Under the pieces are notes generated by a model. That model did not search any database, was not told where the DNA came from, and saw nothing but the letters and a program-made list of their open reading frames with translations. From assembly GCA_951406725.2 (NCBI GenBank), contig OX597817.1, positions 60,760,001 through 60,824,000 of the forward strand: 64,000 nt of DNA, read 5' to 3'. This stretch comes from Octopus vulgaris. Taxonomy: Eukaryota. The position numbers were made by a program, and so were the translations under genes. This document shows positions 25,722 through 38,282 of the stretch, piece after piece. Each line of letters starts with the position of its first letter. Position 1 is the stretch's first letter.

Positions 25722-26335
25722 CGAGGGGGTACCTAAAAGAAATCGGAATTTTGCAAGAACTCTTTGAAAGTGATGACTTTTAGCGCCTTGATCGTTTTCT
25801 TTTTCTTTATCTCTTCCACGTCTGCAAAACGTTTTCATTCGAAGGAACAAGAAAAAGTTGCAGGGAACGAAATCGGGTGATTAAGGAGGGTGGGTAAACG
25901 GGGTCATGCCATTTTGGGCTCCTAAACTGTCTCACACTCAAGGCGGTGTGCTCAGGAGTATTGACATAGTGAAACCACCACTCTCCACTTTGCTACTGGT
26001 CGGGGCGTTTGTGTCTCACCGCGTCTCACAAATGCTTCGGAACTGCCAAGTAAAATGTCTGATTAACATATTCAGCAGAAGGAACGAATCCTGAGCTGAC
26101 AATTGCTTTCTCATCGATGAGACAAACCAGCATCACCTTGACATTGGACTTCACTTGACGCGCTTTTGGGGGGTTGGGGGGCGTGGTGACATTGAATGTT
26201 CCCATTGACTTAATCGCTGTTTCGCTTCCGGGTCGCAGCCGCAGCAGCAGCTTTTGTTACCAGTAATGACCTTCGTAAAAAGGTCCGGATCAACTTCCAA
26301 CTGTTCTTTCAGTTCATGGAGCGCATTCACTCGTG
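25722..26335 (-). mobile_element. Internally deleted mariner transposon
   Basis: TIR-like cgagggggtacctaaaagaaatcggaat after TA; minus strand DPDLFTKVITGNKS...DPEAKQRLSQW (ITGDE region). Confidence 0.75.
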
Positions 26336-26339
26336 ACTG

Positions 26340-26426
26340 GCTTGGGCAAGTGTCTTCTACTATAGCCACAGGTCAACCTAAGCCTCGTGAGTGGATTTAG
26401 TAGATGGAAACTGAAAGAAGCCCGTC

Positions 26427-26474
<48 letters not shown>

Positions 26475-27032
26475 ACATCTATGTGTGTGTGTCTTTGTGT
26501 TTGTCCCCCATCACCACATGACAACCGATGTTTTGTGTATTTACGTCCCCATAGCTTAGCAGTTCAGCAAAAGAGGTTGCTAGAATAAGTACTAAGCTTA
26601 AAAATAAGTCCTGGGGTTGATTTGTCGACTAAAACAACTTAAGGCGGTGCTCCAGCATGGTCACAGTCAACTGACTGAAAGAAGTAAAAGAATGAAAGAA
26701 TTAAAAAAATATGTGTCTGTGTGCGTATATATACATATGTACATATATGTGTGTGTGTATGTGTGTTATTATGTGTGTGTGCGTGTGCGTGTGTATAGTT
26801 ATAGGTGCGTGTCTTTGTGTTTGGCCTCCACCACCACTTGATAACCGTATTCGGTCTGTTTAAGATTTCGTAGCTTAGCGGTTCGGCAAAAGAGAATGAA
26901 GGTAGAAGTACCAGGCTTCAAAAGTAAGTATCAGTGTCGATTGGTTCGACCAGATCCCTTCAAAGGATCCCTTCAAAGATCCCTTCAAAGCGCTTCCCCC
27001 AAATGGTTACTCCAGTGAACGAAACAAGTAAA
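26340..27032 (+). mobile_element. 5'-truncated SINE family A plus an additional degenerate tail
   Basis: cttgggcaagtgtcttctactatagcc...(TA)n...ggcggtgctccagcatgg; second tail 26800-27032 contains gatcccttcaaa three times. Confidence 0.8.
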
Positions 27033-28701
27033 AACTAAAGACAATAACACTTTCAACATCTGACCACCGAGTTTCCTCTTTCAGGTCTGATCTTGGGTTT
27101 AACAAGAAACACCTGAGGAAACCCCAGTAGTCCCACATGTTCCTTCCGGGGATGTGATTTGTTATATACTAGGATGGAAGTTTATCGATTAACAATATTG
27201 CTTTTAAACACAACAGATGGTACATCATTTGATTTTTTTTATAAAACAAACTTTGAGATTCCTTCAAAAGTGCTTCAGACATATTTGACCTGATCAAAGC
27301 CATTCACTCTGCAGTTTGCCATGGAGAAAAATTATCGCTAAAGCTGCAAAATCCAAAAGTCATTTCCCAGCGCCCTCTATGCTTTTCGAGTGCTTTATGT
27401 TCTCCTCAGTAGAAATGCATATATTGGTCCGTAGAGCACGAAATGAATATATTAGTTCGTATGGTGGTGCACCGAAATAATTGTGAGAATTTTTTCCGAT
27501 GGCAAACGGCTCAAATGTCTCAGACTTATTTGAGCTGATCGAATAATTTATTCATTTCACATCACTGATTCGCGTGCCAAACATAACATCGAATCCTTTC
27601 GACTGAATACAACGAAAAAAAATCTTTTGTAGCAGAGAAGGCACACTCCAACAAATTGATATTGTATTACTTGAATTAATTTTGTCGGTTCCAGAAAGCT
27701 GAAAGACAACAACCTAAGATGCAGATATTTTAAGCTCAAACGTAGAAGAACCAAACTAAACTACAACAATTTCAGGCCATAGCTCGGCCAGGTTCACACA
27801 ACTTACCTCCCCTTTGTATACACAACTAGCAATTGTTTTCGGTCTTGCCAAGCAGGAATGGCTTTCTGCTTCGAAAATCTTTAATATCTATAATAAATCT
27901 ATAATAAATCGGAAGATATCCGTAAACAATACTTGATAAAGGGAAAAGAACAATGGAGCTCGGAGATGTCTTATTGGTCTTCTTGCTGCTTCAGTTTATA
28001 TGCTGTTAATATCGTTTTATTACCTTTATTTACATTTAGTATCGTTGTATTAATATCGTTTAATTACCACGAGCAAAGGCATACTTTTTAAACTAATATC
28101 CTTAAAAGAGCAAACGTTAGCATATCATAGTTTCGAACCACTGACCTTTATGTTAAGGATCCGGCTCATTATATTTGATGCACTGTGTTGACACAGATTG
28201 TGAGTTTGTAAACCTATGATCAAAAGCAATCAAGCTGTGTTCATCCAATCATTTTTGTGGACAGTTTATCTAGGGCGATGCTATCAGATGGGACCTTACA
28301 GGAGATCGATCAGTTGCTGATAGGTTTCCACGTTGTGCATCTAAAAAAATGTCCTAATCATATAATATATAATAATATATAAATCTAACAATATATATTA
28401 TTACATTTATTATGTAATGGTGAACAAGCATAAACGCTCATTCATTCCGCCCTTAACTCAGAGGAATATAAAAGGTGTGTCAAGTGTGAAGAGAATGAAG
28501 AGGCTGGAAGAGTCCCGGGCTGGGGACACATGTTTGGGGAGAGAACTGGAGCAACATTTAATACAGTGCTAATACGCAAAACTGTACCGAGTCCAGGAAC
28601 TGAAACCTTTACCTTATGATCGTGAGATCAATACTTTAAGCACTTGGTCAATATCTACCTACCAACCAACCTACCTACATGATACATACAAGTAGACATG
28701 A

Positions 28702-29035
28702 TGGGGCATGGATCAGTTGTGAGAGCATCGGGCTCCAATCATAAGGGAGTGAGTTCAATTCCCGGGCCGGGTTGTGTGTTGGGTTCTTGAGCAAGACACT
28801 TTATTTCACGTTGCTCCAGTTCACTCAGCTGCATAAATGAGTTGCGATGCCACTGGTCCCAAACTGTATCGGCCCCTTTGCCTTTCCCTTGGATAACATC
28901 GGTGGCGTGGAGAAGGGAGGCTGGTTTGTACGGACGACTGCTGGTCTTCCATAAACAACTTTGCCTGGACTTGTGCCTTGGATGGAAACATTCTAGATAC
29001 AATCCCATGGTCATTCATGACCGAAGGGGCTCTTT
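28702..29035 (+). mobile_element. tRNA-derived SINE family D variant
   Basis: B-box gagttcaattccc; body tcttgagcaagacactttatttcacgttgctccagttcactcagctg shared with 29700-29952. Confidence 0.8.
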
Positions 29036-29076
29036 CCCTTTTTACAAACACACAATGAAAAGCAAACAGACCCAAG

Positions 29077-29480
29077 CATGAAAGTTGGGTAATGAGCGAA
29101 AGAATATGTCCAGGAACACAATCGGCCGAAATGGGTTTCCTCCGAAGGATTTCGAGAGTAACGTTACTCGACAGGGTGGGTAGTTCGGGGTTCAGGGAGT
29201 TTCACCAAGTCGAATCGTTACTTCTTCGTATTAAGAGATCACAGTTCTGGTTCTATGGACTTGTGGTTAGAATTTCGCAGAAATGAAGCGCAAGACGGAT
29301 TCTTCAAGCCGAAACAACTACCAGTAGACCTAGGAGTAGACCAAGAACGAAATGGTTGGCTGATATCCATTGTCTCAGTCGGTTATACTTGGGAATCCAG
29401 CCGGAAAATGTTCTCATGGTTGCTTCTGAAATGACCGTATGTCTGCAGACTCTAAGCCCATGACACTCCCAAGAAGATGG
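29077..29480 (+). mobile_element. RTE-clade LINE C-terminal fragment
   Basis: HESWVM...SAEMGFLRRISRVTLLDRV...VESLLLRIKRSQ...RPRSRPRTKW. Confidence 0.8.
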
Positions 29481-29487
29481 ATGGTTA

Positions 29488-29980
29488 GCAGCGAGCTGGC
29501 AGAATCGCTACAACACTGCAAAAACGTGCTTAGCGGCGTTTCTTTTGACTTGACGTCCTGAATTCAAATTCCGTCAAGGTCCACTTTGCCTTTCATCCTT
29601 TCGCGTTGATAAAATAAGTAACCGTTGAATACTGAAGTCGATGTGTAATCAACTTATCCTCTCCACCAAAATTGTGGGCCTCGTACTAAAAATAATAAAA
29701 ATAAATGCGCCCTTTTAAAGCCTAGCCAGGCTCATGGGCCCGGTTTCCCGGTTTCTATGGCGTATGTGTTACCCAGATGGACGGGACGCCAGTCTATCGC
29801 AGCGTTACTCATTTTTGCCAGCTGAGTGGACTGGAGCAACGTGAAATGAAGTGTTTTGCACAAGAACACAACGCGTCGCCCGGTCCAGGAATCGAAACCT
29901 CGATCTTACGATCATGGTGCTGACACCCTAACCACTAAGCCACGCGCCTCCACCTTGTACTAAAAGTTGAAGCCAATATC
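29488..29980. mobile_element. SINE B (+) interrupted by a full-length SINE D (-, ~29692-29952)
   Basis: TSD cct[c/t]gtactaaaa at 29679-29691 and 29953-29965; SINE D head tggaggcgcgtggcttagtggttagg on the minus strand. Confidence 0.85.
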
Positions 29981-30016
29981 ATTCATCTATGTATATATAA
30001 TATATATATTTATATT

Positions 30017-30071
<55 letters not shown>

Positions 30072-31376
30072 GTATATAATGAATATATTATACATGTATA
30101 TGTATATGCATGTATAATATATTAATTATATGCATATATATAATATAAAAAATATATATAATATATATACACAAATGTATATTTCTGTATATGTGTATGT
30201 ATGTATGCATATAATATATAAACACTCATACACACACATATATAATGTGATGGTCAGGTTTACACTCATTTTGGAAACTTCATACAATGTACCCGTATCT
30301 TTTTCAGACTATTTACGTCACCCCTTGCCCCCTAAACCTTCCCCACCAAAACCCCTCCCAAAACAAATGCAAAACTAAAACAGGGTGTGAGTGGTGACGG
30401 TGGTAACAACATCTGAAATGAATATGCAGGTATTTGAAGGCTCTGTATTGTCTCAGTTTACCCCGGTATCTTTGCGTGTCTCCTCCTTCTTCTTGCAGTT
30501 ATATATATCCGTTACAAGTTATGCTATCTTCTCTTATACGTGTACAATATATAAACATCTTGAGTAAGATAGATTCCCATTTTGGTAATGGAGAACCGCG
30601 TGTCGCTACGTCTGTTCTGCATATGATGTACGTGTGCGTATACGCGCGTTAAGACATGCACACATATGTATATGTACATATATCCTTATATATATATATA
30701 TATATATATATCAAATACATTTATGGGTTTATGTGAACATGTGTATGTACTTATGCGTATATAGGCATATCTATGTGTTCACATGCACGCATACACACAC
30801 ACGTGCTCAAATATATATATGTATATATATATATATATCTATATCCTTATATATAAACGTCTATCTGTATATCAAAATATATATATACATACGTGTGTGA
30901 TTATGTGATCATGTATGTGTACGCGTGTATATGCGTATGTGTGAGTTTGTGCGTGTATGTGTGCGCGAGCGAGCGTATAAGTGCTTATGCGAATGTTTGC
31001 GCGTGTGTATGTGAGTGCATGTGTGTCTGGGTGAGTGTACGATGAAGTCTTGGGTTGCAGGGGGCTAAAGAAAGGAACTATTCTTACGTGAGTAAAATCA
31101 TCCCCAAGAAAAAAAGAAAGGAAAAAAATATGTAATTCCCTTACTGCGTAAGAATATTTAGGCTGCAGAGACCTAGATATTTCTCTTAGCCATCTGTCAT
31201 TCGCCTTAAATGAAGAATATGTAACCAAATATTTAAATTACTATTTATACATTATAACACACTTCTGTGGAAAGAAAAGAAGAATTATACAATTTAAGAG
31301 TTCTTGTAGAAAATTTTAGAGTTCTTTCAATAGAAGCGTACCAAATATTTTAGAACCAATTTAGTTTTCAGTCATT

Positions 31377-31436
<60 letters not shown>

Positions 31437-32304
31437 AATGAAAATTACTTGTGGATGGAAATTTATAGATTTCATTAATGTATCGTGACATATGTTTCTG
31501 CATCCCATATGTTCATTTGTGAGGACATTTTCATATTCATAAGATATTGCTAAAGATCATTTGTAAAATCCATGAATCTTGAATATGGCCGCCATTACAT
31601 GCGTCTGCTTCGTCAAGCAGTTACATTAATGCTTTTTTGCTGGTCCGATGGTTTTACTTAAAGACATTTACCATTTTACATCAGTCAGAACGCTCCGTTA
31701 AATTTTGGGGCGTTGCTTGTGAATCGTCACAGCACAGCAAAGAGAGAAACAAAAGTAAAAGGAAAAAAAAAAAAGAAAACAAGGTGTATTTGAAAAGTTT
31801 CCAAACTTTTTCAGGAGAGACATTTGACTTGAAACAAGTGTAATGCTCTCACCTTCTTCCAAGTAGGATTTTCTGCACTTTGTGTAAAGCCCCATGGAAG
31901 TCGTCCAATGTGAAGTATCGAAGACCTCTTTACCTTCTCTTTGGGAAGAACTAAAAGTCACAGGGACCACGATCTGGACAATAGTCGGGGTGGGGGTGAA
32001 GGACAGTCTTGATGGCCATCTCTGTCAAGTAGTTGGTCACCGGGACATTCCTCACTGAACACGTTTGCATCGATCTTTGTGCATGTTAAGATTTTCAGAT
32101 CATTTGAAGACTTCTGTGTGCACTTGCAACACCAACTTATTGCTTTCTGGGTAACGGTCTTCATTCAGAAAGTAGCGAATGTTCTCCATCACTTCTAATC
32201 TGATTTTCTACTCCTTCCCACACCTTTGGTCATCTCTCACCTCTTCTTTACCGTCTCCGAACCTCTTGTACCAACGAAAATGCTGAACCGTAACTAATTT
32301 ACAC

Positions 32305-32749
32305 ATCCCCTGATAACTCACGGTTGGTGATTCGACGAATTTCCTTCACAGCTGCACGCATATTTGCGATGTTTTTCTCAGTTCTGCTGGTCACGGGTCC
32401 CCCAGAACGTCCGTCAATATCGACATTTTTTTCGGCCATCTTGGAAACGTCTGAACCACTCGTACACCTGTGTGCGGCTCATACTCTCTTCTCCATACAC
32501 TTTCTGCAACTTTCCGTAGGCTTCTGAGCAAGTATCGCCATGACAACTTTCTCTTTTATGGTCAATGCGACGATCACACACTACACACGTTCCTTCCAAG
32601 CACTGCTGTAAAGAGTGGAAATGAGATAGAACGTTAAAACTTAGTGCGCATGCACAGCAGTGTCCAAGGTCAATCTTTGCCAGACTTCACACTGCGTGCT
32701 TGAGCTTCGATACTATGGCAACAGTCTGGATACTTATTGATCAGACCGC

Positions 32750-32750
<1 letters not shown>
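32305..32750 (-). mobile_element. Mariner transposon 5' fragment
   Basis: TIR cgcggtctgatcaataagtatccagact at TA; SEAYGKLQKVYGEESMSRTQVYEWFRRFQDGR (HTH). More decayed mariner-like sequence extends left to ~31780. Confidence 0.8.
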
Positions 32751-32781
<31 letters not shown>

Positions 32782-32812
32782 GCGTAAACATATGTATATA
32801 TATATATATGCG

Positions 32813-32846
<34 letters not shown>

Positions 32847-32850
32847 CGCA

Positions 32851-33237
32851 GGGATGGCTGTGTGGTAAGTATGGTTCCGGGTTCAGTCCCACTGCGTGGC
32901 ATCTTGGGCATGTGTCTTCTGCTATAGCCCCGGACCGACCAATGCCTTGTGAGTGGATTTGGTAGACGGAAACTGAAAGAAGCCTGTCGTATATATGTAT
33001 ATATATATAAGTGTGTGTGTATATGTTTGTGTGTCTGTGTTTGCCCCCTAGCATTGCTTGACAACCGATGCTGGTGTGTTTACGTCCCCGTCACTTAGCG
33101 GTTCGGCAATAGAGACCGATAGAATAAGTATTGGGCTTACAAAGAATAAGTCCCGGGGTCGATTTGCTCGACTAAAGGCGGTGCTCCAGCATGGCCGCAG
33201 TCAAATGACTGAAACAAGTAAAAGAGTAAAAAAAGAG

Positions 33238-33240
<3 letters not shown>
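32851..33240 (+). mobile_element. SINE family A (same subfamily as 24793) with a small head deletion
   Basis: Shares diagnostic variants catcttggg, gaccaatgcc, cctagcattgc, cgtcacttag with 24793-25205. Confidence 0.9.
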
Positions 33241-33281
<41 letters not shown>

Positions 33282-33502
33282 ATACATATATATAAATGCG
33301 TATAAATACACACATACTCTCACACGCACGCACACACACACAAGTGTGCGCATATATGTTTAGGCGATCAGAATTTAGAAACTTCGAAAGAACGTGAAAT
33401 AATACATTTTTATATAGCGACTGAACTCGAAAAAGATGATGCTGAATATTTGGTGAAGAATTCATTTGGATAGACAAGACTGAAGGACAGAAATTTGGAG
33501 GC

Positions 33503-33571
33503 TTGTTTTGGTTCATAGGTAAAACGCCTATCTCGCTTACAGGAGATATGGGTTCGATTCTCACGGGCAAC
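33503..33571 (+). pseudogene. tRNA-like sequence (decayed tRNA pseudogene or repeat head)
   Basis: tggttcataggtaaaacgcctatctc...ggagatatgggttcgattctca; A/B-box-like motifs and T-arm; identity not assignable. Confidence 0.5.
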
Positions 33572-34570
33572 CTTCGATTTTTTCTCTCAAAAGGATTTTA
33601 ATCCAATAGTTACGTACTTTTATTAACAGCTTTATTTACTTCGAGTTCAACCGTATAAACGAGTTATATAAATAAATGTGTGTGTGCAAGTGTGTATTGT
33701 ATGTTTGTGTGTAAGGTTGTATAATCCGACACAAAAGCTTATATATATATATCATCATCATCATCATCATTGTTGATATATATATATATATATATATATA
33801 CAGACATACACAGATGTGCGTGCGTGCGTGTGTGTGTGTGTTTAAAGCGATCAAATATCAGGGGAAGCAAGCAAACAGAGAAACCGCCGTCTGCTTACGG
33901 AACGGAACTTTGGTGTATTTTTACCGTACGCTCCACACCCGAATTCCCACCCTGTTTTGCTATTCCACAGTAATGATCAATGTTACTATTTCTATATCGT
34001 GTACTGATTCATATTGGATTATTGACTTATTAGTCGACGCACAGTTTGGTTGGCACCTGTAACTGTCATTTATCCAGCATTTTTATATCATTACGAAACG
34101 TTTCTATGTGTAACATATATTTGCGCGTGAATCATTAAAAACGGCGCTTAGTCAGCTTGTCTTCATTCTGGTGTTTTCCAGCGAATGCTTACCTTTATTA
34201 ATTGCTCTTTCATACATAGGTAATCCTAAATGTTGATTCAGTTTTCGGATTTGTTAACGCTACTTTCTAATATTTTGGCGGGGGTCCATAAATGCGTAGG
34301 GCTGTGGTTAAGACGATTCAGTTGACCCATTCTAGATCGACTACGTATCTGGTACTTGTTTTGGCACAAGAATAATATATATTTGTAGAGGTGAGTGAGT
34401 CAGGTCGAGCTGCATAAATATTTAGGCGTGCGTACACGCGCACACACACGCATGTGTGTATATATATATATAAATGTATATATGTATACTTTCATACACG
34501 CATGTACATATATATGCATACATAACATACATACATACATACATACATACAGACAGACAGACAGACACAC

Positions 34571-34667
<97 letters not shown>

Positions 34668-34694
34668 TAGATATATATATGTGTGTGTGTGTGT

Positions 34695-34892
34695 GTGTGT
34701 CGGTGTCTATCCCCCATCATCGCTTGACAACGGATGTCAGTGTGTTTACGTCCCCGTAAGTTAATGGTTCGGCAAGAGGGCCCGATAAAATAAGTACTAG
34801 GCTTACAAAGAATAAGTTCTGGGGTCGATTTGTTCAACTAAAGGCGGTGCTCCAGCATGGCCTCAATCAAATAACCGAAACAAATAAAAGAA
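34695..34892 (+). mobile_element. SINE family A 3' half
   Basis: atcgcttgacaacggatg...ggggtcgatttgttcaactaaaggcggtgctccagcatgg. Confidence 0.85.
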
Positions 34893-35699
34893 TATACATA
34901 CATACATACATACATACATACATACAGATATATGTATATATATATATATGTATACATATATATATATATACATATATAATAACAATATAATAAATAAATA
35001 AAATATATGCATATATACATACATATATGTACATACTTACATCTACATGTATATATACAAGCATATATATATATATATACATTCGGTTTAAGTAATTGAG
35101 ATTCAAAATAATTCTATTGAATTCACATGAATATGGTCCTTAACTAAGATGCACCAGAAATCTATATGGTGTTAACCACACGACAAGTGGGGTGATTACA
35201 AATAGGAAAAAATGCTTTTTTCCTATATATATATATATATATATATATGAGTACAGGACACCACAAATAAACGTAGAACGAGAAACGAAAACAAAATCTA
35301 ACGAGGAAACGGACTTTTTTTAACAACGAAAAAACAGAGTACAGGACAAACAATACAAGGAAAATTCCCCTTCATCAGCTGTCCCTGGTTCGGCTCAATG
35401 CGTACACACATACGTACACACATATAAGCACAGACACACACATACATACGCACACCAAAACATGCGCACACATACGCACGCACATGCGCGAAAAAAACTC
35501 ACAACCCCACGGATACACGCATATACATCCATTTACGCTTGCACACACACACATACAACGCACACATACACGCACACACAACTAACATACACGCACACAC
35601 CCATACCTCCCTGTTTTTGACCTGCCATTTTGACCTGCTAGTGTACCCACACATCACTCCTTAATTCTACTACTGGCCTGCTACTAGCCTGTTGTTCGC

Positions 35700-35744
<45 letters not shown>

Positions 35745-35864
35745 GCACACACACACACACACACACACTTGTCATCATCGCACACCTTCTTTACCATTCC
35801 GTCTTTGATATAGCTCTCCTGTTTTTTAAAAACATTTTCATCTACTTTCACCACTTCCGCCTTT

Positions 35865-36021
35865 TAGTATGTGACCTCGTCTGTATCACTAGCGATTTTT
35901 TTTCCTCGGTCTTTCCTTCTCCTATGTTTCCGACGAAGAGCTCCGCTCGAAACGTCAAATCTTCCTTCTTCCCTTCTTTCCTGAGCGTCCAATAATACTT
36001 TTTGTTTTCTTGTTTGGATTA

Positions 36022-36025
<4 letters not shown>
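35865..36025 (+). mobile_element. Repeat family H2 with minimal hammerhead at 35926-35960
   Basis: gttt CCGACGA a gagc tcc gctc GAAAC GTC aaat. Confidence 0.75.
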
Positions 36026-36052
<27 letters not shown>

Positions 36053-36236
36053 GCTTGTATATATACATGTAGATGTAAGTATGTACATATATGTATGTAT
36101 ATATGCATATATTTTATTTATTTATTATATTGTTATTATATGACCGAACGCACGCGTCGTTTCTCTTCGTTTCGTTTCTCTAAGTAAGTTTATATATATA
36201 TATATATCTGTGTGTGTTTGTGTATATACATGTATG

Positions 36237-36270
<34 letters not shown>

Positions 36271-36351
36271 TGCATATAAAGATGTACATATATATATGTA
36301 TGTATACATGCGGCAGTGGGGATATATTTATATATGTGTAGTCGAATCTAC

Positions 36352-36426
<75 letters not shown>

Positions 36427-36795
36427 TACTCAATAGAGATACATTTCTTCACGTCATTTTCCTCTTTCTCAGCTGGAGCCTTATTCTTTTAATCCTCTGA
36501 ATCTCTCATTCCGTTAATCTCACCCACAAAAAATCATAATGAAATAAAAATGCTGGATCAGTGACAATTACATGTGTAAATGAGCCAACAAATGTCTAAT
36601 AATCGAGTGGGATTCATTCTTTATAACAGGCAAATTGTAACATTAACATTTTCTAGAAATACTATTCAAGACAGCTGGACGGGGTTTTGTTTGTGCGAGT
36701 AGTATACGCTACAAAACGATATGTATGTACAAGTGTTAGCACATAAATGGAAAATAAAGTACTCGAATACCGAAGGTAAAGTAATATGCTTTATT

Positions 36796-36926
36796 ATTAA
36801 AGCTGTAAAAATATCACAAAAATCTGTTACTCGGAGTTTCACGCTTCCATTCCTCGGACGGTTGTGACCAAGACTGGAATAAAACTCTGAGTAAAAGATT
36901 TTTGTGATGCTTCTGCAGCTTTAATA
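36796..36926. repeat. Imperfect inverted repeat containing a degenerate hammerhead (36824-36861, minus)
   Basis: Arms 36796-36839 and 36882-36926; minus strand ccgt CCGAGGA atg gaag cgt GAAAC TCCGA GTA acag. Confidence 0.6.
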
Positions 36927-36934
36927 CCAAAAAT

Positions 36935-37087
36935 ATGGCTGTGTAGTAAGCAGGTTGCTTTCCAACCACATGGTCCTGGGTTCAGTCTAACTGCGTGGAA
37001 CCTTGGGCAAGTGTCTTCTACTTTAGCCTCGGACCGACCGAAGCCTTGTGAATGGATTTGGTAGACGGAACATGAAAAAATCCCGTT
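36935..37087 (+). mobile_element. SINE family A head (tail end resumes at 37988-38052)
   Basis: tggctgtgtagtaagc...ccttgggcaagtgtcttcta...gacggaacatgaaa, then (TG)n(TA)n. Confidence 0.8.
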
Positions 37088-37098
37088 GTGTGTGTGTG

Positions 37099-37164
<66 letters not shown>

Positions 37165-37383
37165 TAAATATAAGGGTAGCAAAAGAATTCTAGAAAAAAT
37201 TCTCCGCTACCAGCGGTCTAGTGAGAAAGAAAAGATAGTCAAAAACTATATAATATACATTCAACAATATAAGGAATGGCCCTGATAGGCCATTCGACTC
37301 ACTAGAAAGAGCAGCCAAACTCAAACCGCTAAATAGTTGTAATTCTGAAATTGAAAGAGAAATAAAAACATTTACCCTTTTCA

Positions 37384-37477
37384 TCTCTGGACTATGCATA
37401 GTTTCGACAAACTTTGTAAACAAATTAATTAAATTAAATTAAATTTATTTACAACTGGCGTGTCTCGTCAGCAGAGA
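37384..37477 (-). ncRNA. Type I hammerhead ribozyme motif with long stem II
   Basis: Minus strand: tctctg CTGACGA gac[~55-nt AT-rich hairpin]gtc GAAAC TATGCATA GTC cagaga; 12-nt palindrome ACTATGCATAGT, GUC triplet. Confidence 0.85.
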
Positions 37478-37789
37478 AGCCGAGGACGAGAATATGTCCA
37501 CGAGGCGACAGCAAGGAAGCCTGAAGCCTATATGCTCTAAATTTTCAAAATCCACCGCCACAGCGCGGTCTTATCAGCAGCAAATATAAACTGCTGATTT
37601 AATTTCAAAATTAGCTAAAAAAAATCATTAATTAATAAATATAAGGGTAGCAAAAAAATTCTAGAAAAAATTATCCGCTACCAGCGGTCTAGTGAGATAG
37701 AAAAGATAGTAAAAAATTTTGAAAATTTAGAGCATCTAGGCTTGAGGCTTCCTTGCTGTCGCCTCGTGGACATATTCTCGTCCTCGGCT

Positions 37790-37884
37790 TCTCTGCTGAC
37801 GAGACACGCCAGTTGTAAATAAATTTAATTTAATTTAATTAATTTGTTTACCAAAGTTTGTCGAGACTATGCATAGTCCAGAGA
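37790..37884 (+). ncRNA. Inverted hammerhead duplicate with A14G core substitution
   Basis: Same motif as 37384-37477 but gtcGAGACtatg (37865). Confidence 0.8.
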
Positions 37885-38057
37885 TGAAAAGGGTAAATGT
37901 TTTTATTTCTCTTTCAATTTCAAAATTACAAGTATTTAGCAGTTTGAGTTTGGTTGCTCTTTCTAGTGATTCGAACGGCCTATCAGGTTGATTTGTTCAA
38001 CTAAAGGCGGTGCTCTAGCATGGCCACAATCAAATAACCGAAAAAAATAAAAGAATA

Positions 38058-38120
<63 letters not shown>

Positions 38121-38222
38121 AATCGTATTTTAGGAGGGTCATTCTCTTTTTGCCCCGTAAACACACGCATTATGTATTCGATCTTCACTCGTTTATTACT
38201 GTTCTTATTTTAACTCATGTCC

Positions 38223-38271
38223 ATTGTCCTGAAATATTTCGTCACACATCGATGACCACTTCAGTGACAAT
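38223..38271 (-). ncRNA. Degenerate hammerhead-like motif
   Basis: Minus strand: attgtca CTGAAGT g gtca[8 nt]tgac GAAA tatttc ag gacaat; stems I and II recognisable, core and stem III decayed. Confidence 0.35.
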
Positions 38272-38282
38272 TTATATATGTA

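Larger units (their letters stand above)
37161..37987 (-). mobile_element. Non-coding Penelope pLTR/retrozyme-like element with 270-bp inverted and 85-bp direct repeats
   Basis: 37281-37550 is inverted at 37717-37987 (about 10 differences); 37161-37245 is repeated at 37632-37716. Confidence 0.85.

Noticed and set aside
26953-26990. gatcccttcaaa x3 and other short tandem units (e.g. 49135-49330) as CRISPR-like arrays
   Set aside because: No unique spacers, eukaryotic context, simple slippage duplications.
27450-27760. Possible additional decayed mariner (also 59200-59530) and unassigned block 52790-53200
   Set aside because: Too degenerate to support by eye.
35250-35400. CUGAUGA on the minus strand (related repeats at ~42375-42480 and ~61860-61910)
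   Set aside because: No properly placed stem II and GAAAC in these copies; a permuted hammerhead cannot be supported from the window alone.
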